Source: Elusimicrobiota bacterium
GTDB taxonomy: Bacteria > CG03 > SLGR01 > JAGXOG01
Length of the DNA stretch: 18,922 nucleotides
Direction of reading: 5' to 3'
NCBI GenBank assembly: GCA_051745145.1
Contig: JBNJDT010000025.1
Span: 1-18,922 of the forward strand
Shown: positions 1-7,853 of the stretch, piece after piece
Layout of the letters: the number at the start of each line of letters is the position of its first letter
Position numbering within the stretch: position 1 is the stretch's first letter
Made by a program: the position numbers and the translations under genes
The notes under the pieces: model-generated
Seen by the model: only the letters and a program-made list of their open reading frames with translations
Databases searched by the model: none
What the model was told of the DNA's origin: nothing

Positions 1-2
1 GA

Positions 3-209
3 GAGTTTTTATATGAAAATTTGTCAGCTCTTGAAAAAGACGGAGAAGAAATAAGTGATACATCCGGTTCACGGAGTGAAATTATCGGAGGCCTGAGATA
101 TAACAGAGATTCCTACAGGACTAAACTGGGGCTGGGAATATCCTTAGGAGATGAAACTTACAGAACATACGATTACCGCATATTCGCGGGAATCACGTAT
201 AAATTATAA
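3..209 (+). CDS. 3' end of a probable outer-membrane beta-barrel protein, truncated by the window edge
   Basis: The frame is open from position 3 (EFLYENLSALEKDG...), so the TTG at 21 is probably not the real start. It has alternating amphipathic strands (IIGGLRYN, TKLGLGISLG) and the C-terminal strand YRIFAGITYKL with Tyr at -3, typical of BAM substrates. Confidence 0.6.
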   Translation, partial: EFLYENLSALEKDGEEISDTSGSRSEIIGGLRYNRDSYRTKLGLGISLGDETYRTYDYRIFAGITYKL

Positions 210-335
210 AATCGAGGTATAAAAATTATGAAAAAACTATTAACATTATGTGTAACGGGTCTTTTAGTACTCAGCGTAGCCGGCTGTGAAAACGAAACTC
301 CGGATAAGCTTTTAGGACATACCCTGTATAACCCG
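180..335 (+). repeat. Direct repeat copy 1 (31-nt upstream block, RBS and first 36 codons of lipoprotein 1)
   Basis: 180-210 ATATTCGCGGGAATCACGTATAAATTATAAA matches 1176-1206 at 30/31 positions. Similarity continues through the GAGGT RBS and the N-terminal coding region. Confidence 0.9.
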
Positions 336-1082
336 TCCGATTCAAATGCAGCTTCGGCAAAACTGGCAAAGACTTCAGTAGGGATAATTCAATCCATGTC
401 CTCAAGTTCCCAGGGAGAACCCACTTCTGCTTCCTCAGTATTTTCAATGGCTTCGGCTCTATATGATTACAATGATGATTACATCTCCGGTCCCGACAGT
501 AACGGTTTTTATACTTTTGATATGTCTTATATTAATGATGTCAAAGAAGCCGGCGGAATGGAATCCCTGGCCATGCGCTGGCTGGATTCTGATAAAGACC
601 CCATAACCGGAAACAGTTCCGATACGTTTGAAAATTATAATGAAGCAATAGCAGAATCCTCAAATACGGCAAAATATTTTAATATAAAAGCGTCCCTGGA
701 TTCATCTTCCGAACTTCTCGAAGATTTTGGCAAAATATCATTTAATTATACTTACACATTTGATACGGCGGGAGACCTTGACTTTGTAGACGGCGGTACT
801 TTAGACGGTGAAATGACCGGTAAAACTGCCAGCGGAATAGATTTTGAAGCCACCCTGACAGATTTAGAATTTGACAGTGAAGTTGGAATAAACGGTGGTC
901 AACTGGAAATAGAATCCCATATTAATAATATAACTTATACCACTGAAATTACTTATAATAACGACGGAACAGCTGAGGGTACAATTACATCTTCCCAGGG
1001 ATACAGCGCCGAAATTTATGTGAATACTGAAACCGGAGAAGGCTATTACGAAGACAACGACGGTAAACACGAATTTTCTTAA
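228..1082 (+). CDS. Acidic, beta-rich lipoprotein of unknown function (paralog 1)
   Basis: 284-aa ORF with GAGGT RBS, signal peptide II and lipobox SVAG|C20. The mature part is rich in D/E/S/T/G. Paralogous to 1225..2097. Confidence 0.85.
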   Translation: MKKLLTLCVTGLLVLSVAGCENETPDKLLGHTLYNPSDSNAASAKLAKTSVGIIQSMSSSSQGEPTSASSVFSMASALYDYNDDYISGPDSNGFYTFDMSYINDVKEAGGMESLAMRWLDSDKDPITGNSSDTFENYNEAIAESSNTAKYFNIKASLDSSSELLEDFGKISFNYTYTFDTAGDLDFVDGGTLDGEMTGKTASGIDFEATLTDLEFDSEVGINGGQLEIESHINNITYTTEITYNNDGTAEGTITSSQGYSAEIYVNTETGEGYYEDNDGKHEFS

Positions 1083-1175
1083 TTTTTGCTTTTATAGATA
1101 GCTCTAACGAAGAGATAGCATAGTTCCAGTTTAACGGTTATTTGAAGTGATAAAAACCAATAGATGATTGCCCCG

Positions 1176-1332
1176 ATATTCGCGGGAATAACGTATAAAT
1201 TATAAAGCGGAGGTAATAAAAACTATGAAAAAACTTTTATCATTATGTGTAACGGGCCTTTTAGTGATTAGTTTAACAGGATGTGAAAATCAGACCCCGG
1301 ATAAACTTTTAGGCCACACCCTTTATAACCCT
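1176..1332 (+). repeat. Direct repeat copy 2
   Basis: 1176-1206 ATATTCGCGGGAATAACGTATAAATTATAAA, followed by a GGAGGT RBS and an N-terminus with 31/36 aa identity to paralog 1. Offset from copy 1 is about 996 bp. Confidence 0.9.
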
Positions 1333-2097
1333 ACTCAGGAAGTAGAATCTACAGCAAAAACATCCGGTTATACTGCGGTTATGGCAGCTACAATGGGCAG
1401 TTATGCCGACGGCGGCGATTTAGCAAGTAGTTCCGCTTCATCGCTTTCAGAAACCAGTGCCACTATTCCGGAAGTGGAAGGACCGGACAGCGATGGTTTT
1501 TTTACAGTAAAAACAGGTCAGGACACTTTTTATGTGCGCTGGCAAGACAAAGATAACAATAACATAATTGGGGATGGAGCCACTCCGGAGGAAAAACTTT
1601 TAGATACGGTTACAAATGACCATGCTGGTGATGGGACTAATGGAGCTAAATATTTTGATATAAAAGGAGATTTTCGCGAACTTAATCATCCCGAGTATGC
1701 TCCCGAACTGGAAAGTGTAACTATAGTTGAGAACAAACCGGATTTTACTTTTGAATTAAAAACAACAGGAGATCTTATTATAGAGGATGGAGCTATTGCC
1801 AACGGAGAATGGAAGTCGGTTTTTGAAAGCAAAGGTCAGGCTGTATTTGAATTTACTGATTTAGATATTAAATCGGAGCCACTTGATAACGGAAGAAAAT
1901 GGTATGTAGCTGGAGGAACCGGGAGCGGAGAAACTATTATAAATAATTCTGTTTATACCAGCGATATGACTTTTAATTCTGCCGGAGAGGCAGAAGGTAC
2001 GCTCAGGGGCGAAAATTATGAAATTGATTTCCTTGCTGATACTTATAACGGTGACGGATGGTATAAACTCGACGACGAAAAACATACATTCTCATAA
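1225..2097 (+). CDS. Acidic, beta-rich lipoprotein of unknown function (paralog 2)
   Basis: 290-aa ORF with GGAGGT RBS and lipobox SLTG|C20. It shares the motifs GPDSxGFxT, RWxDxD, AKYFxIK, GDL, TDL, AEGT and KHxFS with paralog 1. Confidence 0.85.
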   Translation: MKKLLSLCVTGLLVISLTGCENQTPDKLLGHTLYNPTQEVESTAKTSGYTAVMAATMGSYADGGDLASSSASSLSETSATIPEVEGPDSDGFFTVKTGQDTFYVRWQDKDNNNIIGDGATPEEKLLDTVTNDHAGDGTNGAKYFDIKGDFRELNHPEYAPELESVTIVENKPDFTFELKTTGDLIIEDGAIANGEWKSVFESKGQAVFEFTDLDIKSEPLDNGRKWYVAGGTGSGETIINNSVYTSDMTFNSAGEAEGTLRGENYEIDFLADTYNGDGWYKLDDEKHTFS

Positions 2098-2153
2098 TTC
2101 AGTAAAACTAATTTTCTAATTTCATAAAATATCTGTTTAAATAAAGGATAAGA

Positions 2154-2378
2154 ATGTCAAATAAAATATTAAAAATCAAAGGGGATAATCCCGAAAAAGA
2201 AAGGGAGTTTCATTTAAAATATCTGCTTTCTCTTTCAATTAAAGAAAGATATGATATTTTTTTTGGCATGGGAGAGTTCACTGAAGAACTACTAAAAAAT
2301 GGCCGTAGACAAAGAACAAACCGTAAAACTTCTACAGATCTCGAGGAATTGATAAAAATAAAAAGATTAAAGGAGTAG
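2154..2378 (+). pseudogene. Small protein ORF, probably a chimera left by deletion of a downstream nucleotidyltransferase gene
   Basis: 74-aa ORF with AAGGA RBS. The N-part (NPEKEREFHLKYLLSLSIKERY) resembles, from recall, small proteins encoded upstream of nucleotidyltransferase genes. An out-of-frame ATG at 2299 gives MAVDKEQTVKLLQISRN*. The tail DLEELIKIKRLKE resembles the C-terminal helix of those enzymes. Confidence 0.45.
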
Positions 2379-2380
2379 TT

Positions 2381-2893
2381 ATGACCAAAGATAACCTTAA
2401 AGAAGTAATGAAATCGGCAATCCAGATGGAAAAAGACGGTATTGAATTTTACAAGGATGCCGCTAAAAATTTACAGAACCCCATGGGAAAAGAGATGTTT
2501 AAATCCCTGGTAAAAGACGAAGCCAGACATCTCAAACTCTGGCGGGATCTGGCCGAAGATTTAAATCTGGAGGAATTCGGTAAAGAAAAAGCCAAGGAAT
2601 TTTCGGGCAAAATTAAGACAATTTTTTCCGATATCTCTGAAGATGTAATGGGAACCACCAAAACCAGCGCCGAAGAGAAAGAAGTTATACAGGGAGCTAT
2701 AAAAATTGAGGAGAAAGGCATAAAATTCTATTCTGAAAAAGCCGAGTCCTTGTCCGGCAAAAACGCCGACCTGGCCAAAAGAGTGGCCGACGAAGAAAGA
2801 AATCACCGCAAAATACTGGAAAACACCCTCCAGTACATGGAAAACCCAAAAGATTGGAACGTGGAACAGGAACACTGGTTTTTTGAAGGTTAA
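2381..2893 (+). CDS. Rubrerythrin/ferritin-like diiron protein
   Basis: Two repeats of E...ExxH (AIQMEKDGIEFY...DEARH and AIKIEEKGIKFY...EERNH). AAGGAG RBS just upstream. No C-terminal rubredoxin CxxC motifs. Confidence 0.9.
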   Translation: MTKDNLKEVMKSAIQMEKDGIEFYKDAAKNLQNPMGKEMFKSLVKDEARHLKLWRDLAEDLNLEEFGKEKAKEFSGKIKTIFSDISEDVMGTTKTSAEEKEVIQGAIKIEEKGIKFYSEKAESLSGKNADLAKRVADEERNHRKILENTLQYMENPKDWNVEQEHWFFEG

Positions 2894-2943
2894 TTTCAAT
2901 AGACTTATCTTTTTAAATTAATTACTGAAAATTTCGCAGGCAT

Positions 2944-2984
2944 AAAAAAAAAGAGGTACAGGTTTTAGGACCTGTACCCCTTTT
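2944..2984. terminator. Intrinsic terminator, likely bidirectional and strongest on the minus strand
   Basis: Stem GGTACAGGT (2955-2963) / ACCTGTACC (2970-2978) with a 6-nt loop, flanked by an A-run on the left and a T-run on the right. It lies between convergent genes. Confidence 0.85.
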
Positions 2985-3014
2985 AAATTTTAGTACTAAG
3001 TATTACTTACCTGA

Positions 3015-3632
3015 TTAGAACGAATATCCGGCCAGAATTGTTATAGCAGAATTTTTCATATCCGGATCATCAAAATACTCATAATCTGACCAATCGTAAA
3101 TATTGGAAAGTCCCATTGTATAACGAGCTTCAATAGTCATAATACCGGTATCATAACCCGCTCCTACAGCTAAACCTAAATCCAAAGACCGCACATCATT
3201 TAAATCATTATCATTACCATCGTCATCAACCATTTTTGCACTTGCATTAAAGCCCAACGAAGGTCCGGCATTGAAAAACAAAGAATCAACAGATACCTTG
3301 GCCAACATAGGAACTTCAATATAATCGAATGCAATATAACTATCAGAATCAGGATCAGAATATCCTTTTTGAGAATAGAGAAGTTCGGGCTGGATTGAAA
3401 ACTGGTTATTTATACCTATATCGGCATAACCTCCCAAACAAACTCCAATTTTAGAATCCGTATTATCATTCTCTACATCATCACCGGTTACGTTGGTTAT
3501 ATTTATTCCCCCTTTTACTCCGTAAGTAAGAGACTGGCCATAACTGCTATGCATCCCGTAGCTTTGGGCAAAAGCGCGACCGGCCGACAAAATCATTGCC
3601 CCACAAATAACTAAAATTCCTAATTTTTTCAT
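3015..3632 (-). CDS. Outer-membrane beta-barrel protein (PorT-like / OMP_b-brl_2 porin family)
   Basis: Start moved from 3719 to the ATG at 3632 because AAGGAGGTG lies just upstream and a signal peptide follows (MKKLGILV...AFA|Q). Motifs YGVKGGIN, FSIQPELLYSQKG, YIEVPML, AGP, EARYTMGL and C-terminal GYSF. Confidence 0.9.
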   Translation of the reverse strand: MKKLGILVICGAMILSAGRAFAQSYGMHSSYGQSLTYGVKGGINITNVTGDDVENDNTDSKIGVCLGGYADIGINNQFSIQPELLYSQKGYSDPDSDSYIAFDYIEVPMLAKVSVDSLFFNAGPSLGFNASAKMVDDDGNDNDLNDVRSLDLGLAVGAGYDTGIMTIEARYTMGLSNIYDWSDYEYFDDPDMKNSAITILAGYSF

Positions 3633-3784
3633 AAAACACCTCCTTGGTGGTTTTTCCGGCACTGATAAGATCTCATTTATAAGACAATTTTTAACAGCGC
3701 CTTTTTTCTGATACTCCAATATAGTTTATTATAAAATACTACAAAATGCTGATAATAAAGCAAATTTTTCATAGCATATTTCTC

Positions 3785-3811
3785 TGTCTAAAAATTGAAA
3801 TTTTTTAGACA
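3785..3811. promoter_or_regulatory. Inverted repeat in a divergent promoter region (candidate operator)
   Basis: TGTCTAAAAA-N7-TTTTTAGACA with perfect 10-bp arms, 31 nt upstream of the 3843 start. The spacer contains TTGAAA, which is -35-like. Confidence 0.45.
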
Positions 3812-3842
3812 TTTTGTAATATTAATTAAACGGTAAAATAAG

Positions 3843-5234
3843 ATGTATAATAAAATAAACGAAAAAATTTTAAATAGTCTGGAAAAAATTTTCGGTCGGG
3901 AAGATATCCTTACTGATAAACAAGATAAGGAAAAATATGCCACGGACGAAACCCCCGGGGCCTATTTTCCGCCGGAGGCAGTTGTATTTCCCCGCAAGCC
4001 AGAGCAGATTAAAGAGCTGGTAAAACTGGCCCGATCCCTAAATTTCCCCATTATTCCCAGGGGCGGGGGCACTTCCCTTACCGGCGGATCTTTAGCCGTC
4101 TGCGGGGGAGTTTTGATATCTTTTGAGCATTTAGACAGTATACTGCAGCTGGACGAAAAAAACAGGATGGCCGTAGTCCAGCCGGGTGTAATAAACGGCA
4201 AACTGCAGGAAGCAGCCCAGAAAGAAGACCTTTTCTATCCGGTGAATCCCGCTTCCCAGGATTCATGCACCCTAGGGGGCAATGTGGCCGAATCCACCGG
4301 AGGTGCGAATACCGTAAAATACGGGACCACCGAGAATTACCTGACCGGAATCAAAGCTGTCACAGGAAGCGGACAGCTATGGACCGCCGGAGGCAAGGTG
4401 GTTAAAAATTCCACCGACCGGAACCTTATGCAGCTTATGTGCGGAAGCGAAGGCACCCTCTCTATATTTACAGAATTGACTTTCCGGTTGGTTGAAAATC
4501 CCAAAAAGACAGTATGGCTGATTATTCCCTACCGGGATATACTGGATATACCTAAAGCGGCGGGAAAAATATTCAAGCTGGGCGTCGACCCGACTATGGT
4601 TGAGTTAATGGATTCTAAAACCCTGGAATTTTGCGAGAAATATCTGGATATACAAATCCCCTATTCCGAATATCACCAGCTTCTGGTCCGTCTTGACTCC
4701 CTGAGGGATACGGACCTGGATGAAGTTCTCTTTAAAATAGGAGAAACCTGCTCTGAAAACAGCGCCAAAGACCCCCTGGTGGCCGATACCCGGCAAAAAC
4801 AGGAAAAAATATGGGAATTTCGAAGCGCTGTTCACGATGCCATTACCCACGTGGCCGGCACGGTACTTGAAGAAGACGTGGTGGTACCCCCGGCAAATAC
4901 CGGTCAGTTAATACAGAAAATCAGAGAAATTTCAGAGGATACGGGTATGCCTTCAGTTATATTCGGTCATCTGGGGGACGGTAATATGCACCTTAACTTT
5001 ACCGGCAACCCCGAGGATATCCCGGAAGAGGATATTTATAAATTAAAGACCCGTATTTTTTCTGCAGCCCTAAAACTGGGGGGGAAACTTTCCGGCGAAC
5101 ACGGTATAGGGGTATCCAAGAAAAAATATTTCAGTAAATTTATGGATCCCGGTTATATTGCTCTTCTTAAAAAGATAAAGGGAAATTTTGATCCGGACAA
5201 CATTCTAAACCCGGGTAAAATTTACGAAGATTAA
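3843..5234 (+). CDS. FAD-linked oxidoreductase, GlcD / D-lactate dehydrogenase (VAO/PCMH) family
   Basis: Motifs PRGGGTSLTGG, VQPGVIN, CTLGGNVAE, GSEGTLSI, FGHLGDGNMH, SGEHGIG and DPDNILNPGK. Confidence 0.92.
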   Translation: MYNKINEKILNSLEKIFGREDILTDKQDKEKYATDETPGAYFPPEAVVFPRKPEQIKELVKLARSLNFPIIPRGGGTSLTGGSLAVCGGVLISFEHLDSILQLDEKNRMAVVQPGVINGKLQEAAQKEDLFYPVNPASQDSCTLGGNVAESTGGANTVKYGTTENYLTGIKAVTGSGQLWTAGGKVVKNSTDRNLMQLMCGSEGTLSIFTELTFRLVENPKKTVWLIIPYRDILDIPKAAGKIFKLGVDPTMVELMDSKTLEFCEKYLDIQIPYSEYHQLLVRLDSLRDTDLDEVLFKIGETCSENSAKDPLVADTRQKQEKIWEFRSAVHDAITHVAGTVLEEDVVVPPANTGQLIQKIREISEDTGMPSVIFGHLGDGNMHLNFTGNPEDIPEEDIYKLKTRIFSAALKLGGKLSGEHGIGVSKKKYFSKFMDPGYIALLKKIKGNFDPDNILNPGKIYED

Positions 5235-6565
5235 TTAAATTCCCTTAAAGTTATAAATTTAACTTCGCCCTCTTTTACGGTTACCTCTTTTTGGGACGTC
5301 TTTTTAACTCCCTTTCCGGTATCTAATTCCACCCGGAAACTGTATTCACCGGGTTTAAGGTATTTTCTGGCGAAAAATATTCTGTTGGGCAGAGTTAGCC
5401 AGGAGCGGGTATCCGCCCTTTCTGTGGCGGCCCCGAAAATATTCACCAGGGCAGCTAAAAAAGAACGAACCGTGTTGGAATCTTCGTCTTCCCCGGCTCC
5501 ATCTTCCTCCTGGTCGCCTTTAACGGCCCTGTAAGAGACATATTTGGAAACAGCCCTGGCCACCGCCCGGGCTAAAATTTTCGGGCGTTCTTCCTGGAAA
5601 TGCTTCCGGGCAACTTTGCCCATATCTTCCACTAAATCCATATTAAAATACTGCCCGTTTAAATTTAACCTGGCCGATTCTGCCATATATTCGGGAAGTC
5701 TGTATTCGGGCATAGCTACTTTAAGATAGTATTTATCTCCCAAAACATCGGAATGCTTTTCCCTGAATTTCTGGGGGATGACCGCTTCGATTTTTTCTTC
5801 GTATTTGTAGGGCACAAAATTAGTCTCTGTTATGAATATTACCTGCCCGTATGATTCCGGAGGAGTATATAAACCTTTTACGTCGTCGGGAAATTCATCA
5901 CATCTTGAAAACTCCGTCTCCCGGCAGAATACGGATATATCCCGGGCCAGATTACGGGGCATATTCATTCCGTATTTTTCCGGATATTTTTCCCGGTAGG
6001 CATTGAGGGCTTTTTTGTACTCTATAAAAGCTTCGTTATTCTGACCGTTTACCTGGTAAAGTACGGCAGCAAAATAATGCAAGAATGCTTTGGTATCATC
6101 AAAGAGGGTATGCTTGTGATTTATTCTTCTTACTTCCACCAGCGCATCTTCAATTTCTCCCAGGTACAGGTAGTTTAAAAGCTTGTAGTAATTATTAAAC
6201 AGATAATCGTAATATTCCCCCCGGTAGGGAAGGGTTAAATCAGAGGTAAACATGGAGGCCGCTTCAGCGGTAATGCTTCTGGTGTACATTTCATCGGCAA
6301 TCCATTCCCCTCTCTCCAGAAAATAATTGGATTTCTCGTATTCTCCCGCCAGGTGATACAAAATACCGGCTTCCAGATGATATAGCAGCCGGTTTTTTTC
6401 CTGTTCGCTCAACTTTGTATCTTTAAAAGAAGAGAGAGCTTTTTCGTAATTTTGAGATTTTAGACTATCTTTTACCGGAGACAGTTTTTGATTATAATTT
6501 TTAGCGCAGCCGGTTAATAAAAGAAACCCGCAGATAAAAAATATTTTTATCCGGCACCATTTCAC
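5231..6565 (-). CDS. TPR-like lipoprotein (COG3014-like)
   Basis: Lipobox LLTG|C. Motifs LLYHLEAG, YRGEYYD, EDALVEVRR and ERADTRSWLTLP are characteristic of this family, which typically lies beside LpoB-like genes. Confidence 0.8.
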   Translation of the reverse strand: MKWCRIKIFFICGFLLLTGCAKNYNQKLSPVKDSLKSQNYEKALSSFKDTKLSEQEKNRLLYHLEAGILYHLAGEYEKSNYFLERGEWIADEMYTRSITAEAASMFTSDLTLPYRGEYYDYLFNNYYKLLNYLYLGEIEDALVEVRRINHKHTLFDDTKAFLHYFAAVLYQVNGQNNEAFIEYKKALNAYREKYPEKYGMNMPRNLARDISVFCRETEFSRCDEFPDDVKGLYTPPESYGQVIFITETNFVPYKYEEKIEAVIPQKFREKHSDVLGDKYYLKVAMPEYRLPEYMAESARLNLNGQYFNMDLVEDMGKVARKHFQEERPKILARAVARAVSKYVSYRAVKGDQEEDGAGEDEDSNTVRSFLAALVNIFGAATERADTRSWLTLPNRIFFARKYLKPGEYSFRVELDTGKGVKKTSQKEVTVKEGEVKFITLREFN

Positions 6566-6610
6566 TTTACAAATCCCGGGTTTAGAAACAAAATATTTTT
6601 TCCCGCTGTT

Positions 6611-7201
6611 TTAACTCTTTATATATTTTCTTATTTTTTTATCGCCTATCCAGACTTTTTGATTTGTTTCGGTATTTACAAGTTCCAGATTAATCTGATA
6701 AAATATGACTTCCTCTCCCCCTTCTTTATCTCTTATGGAATTTATAGTTCCCTTGAGCATAAAATCAGCGCCCTTTTCCTGCATAAATTCTTTTAAGGTT
6801 TCTTCGGAAGCATGTTCCTGCATCTCTTCCCGCTCCTGGCGGATCTCTTTTCGCTCATCGGCCGACGCTACCACCTGAACCTGACCGGAATTTATAAAAG
6901 CTCTTTCTAAATCTTTAGTAAATGTTTGAGAAACCACATGTTCATCCGTTCTGTTTAAAACAGCTCCCACTATGACCGTAGGCTGCTCCCCTTCTTTTTC
7001 GCGATACTGTTCGAGCCAGGGCCGGGAAAGACAGTCTTCTATCATAGTCTCGGATACCATGCGGGAGTCGGTATCGTTCCACTTCCCGGAAAGATCGCGC
7101 TGTTCATCCATCCCTATTCTTTCCACTTTTTTTCCGCAGCCTGTGACCAGAATAAACAACCCTAATGTCATCAACAATGCCATACTTTTTTTGATTCTCA
7201 T
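6611..7201 (-). CDS. lpoB: LpoB-like (COG3417) lipoprotein, paralog B
   Basis: Lipobox LVTG|C and GGAGG RBS. Motifs DLSGKWNDTDSR, NRTDEH, GADFMLKGTI, YQINLELVN and KVWIGDKKIRK. Confidence 0.8.
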   Translation of the reverse strand: MRIKKSMALLMTLGLFILVTGCGKKVERIGMDEQRDLSGKWNDTDSRMVSETMIEDCLSRPWLEQYREKEGEQPTVIVGAVLNRTDEHVVSQTFTKDLERAFINSGQVQVVASADERKEIRQEREEMQEHASEETLKEFMQEKGADFMLKGTINSIRDKEGGEEVIFYQINLELVNTETNQKVWIGDKKIRKYIKS

Positions 7202-7256
7202 GAAATATACCTCCTACAGTACGTTAAATTTATTGTGTTTATCTTTACTTGCCCTT

Positions 7257-7853
7257 TTAAAAACTAAAAAGCGGCTTTTTTATATATTTTCTTATCTTTT
7301 TCTGTCCTGACCAGATTATATTATTATTTTCTATATTTATCAAATTCAAATCCGCCTGGTAATAAACTACTTTCTCCCCCTTTTCCTCGTCTAAAATTGA
7401 ATTTAATACCCCCTTCAGCATAAAATCCGCCCCGGACTCCTGGCCTATATCTTTTTTTGTATTTATCGAGGCCCATTCCTGCATATCTTCTCTCTCGCTG
7501 CGGACTTCCTCTCTCTGGTCAGCGGAAGCTACCAGTTCAACCTTCCCGGAATTAAGCATGGCCTGTTCTAAATCCTTAACAAAGGTCTGGGTATTTATAT
7601 GTTCATAGGTTTTGTTGTGTATGGTACCCACTATAACTACAGGTTTTCTGCCGGATCGGTCTTTGAATTTTTCTGCCCAGCCGGACGAAAGATTTTGCTC
7701 TATAAGAGCCCGGGCAACCAGTTGGGAATCTTTATCGTTCCACCGGCCGGAAAGGTCTATAGTGACATCGGTATCAATCCGGTCTACTTTTTTACCCCCG
7801 CAGCCGGCGGTAAGCAAAATTAAAACTGCAAATATATATTTTACCGATTTCAT
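7257..7853 (-). CDS. lpoB: LpoB-like (COG3417) lipoprotein, paralog A
   Basis: Lipobox LTAG|C. Motifs DLSGRWNDKDSQ, NKTYEHI, GADFMLKGVL and YYQADLNLINIE. The start overlaps the upstream stop (TAATG). Confidence 0.8.
   Translation of the reverse strand: MKSVKYIFAVLILLTAGCGGKKVDRIDTDVTIDLSGRWNDKDSQLVARALIEQNLSSGWAEKFKDRSGRKPVVIVGTIHNKTYEHINTQTFVKDLEQAMLNSGKVELVASADQREEVRSEREDMQEWASINTKKDIGQESGADFMLKGVLNSILDEEKGEKVVYYQADLNLINIENNNIIWSGQKKIRKYIKKPLFSF

Noticed and set aside
1083..1175. Possible integron attC site between the lipoprotein genes (GTTTAAC near 1128)
   Set aside because: There is no matching GTTRRRY core or extended hairpin, and the tyrosine recombinase in the window looks like XerD without the IntI-specific insertion.
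180..1206. 31-nt repeat as a CRISPR repeat
   Set aside because: There are only two copies about 1 kb apart, the similarity continues into coding sequence, and no cas genes are present.
1188..1215. ATAACGTATAA within the repeat resembles a XerC arm of a dif/pdif site, which is tempting because xerD and ftsK are in the window
   Set aside because: No TTATGTTAAAT-like XerD arm follows the 6-nt spacer in either repeat copy.
3663..3682. TGATAAGATCTCATT as a Fur/PerR box near a porin and a rubrerythrin gene
   Set aside because: Only one half-site resembles the consensus and the dyad symmetry is poor.
3633..3719. 29-codon N-terminal extension of the porin ORF, or a riboswitch in this leader
   Set aside because: A strong RBS and signal peptide support the start at 3632, and I recognised no riboswitch consensus.
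6227..6234. KOPS-like octamer GGGAAGGG
   Set aside because: A single occurrence says nothing about replichore polarity, and the KOPS motif of this lineage is unknown.
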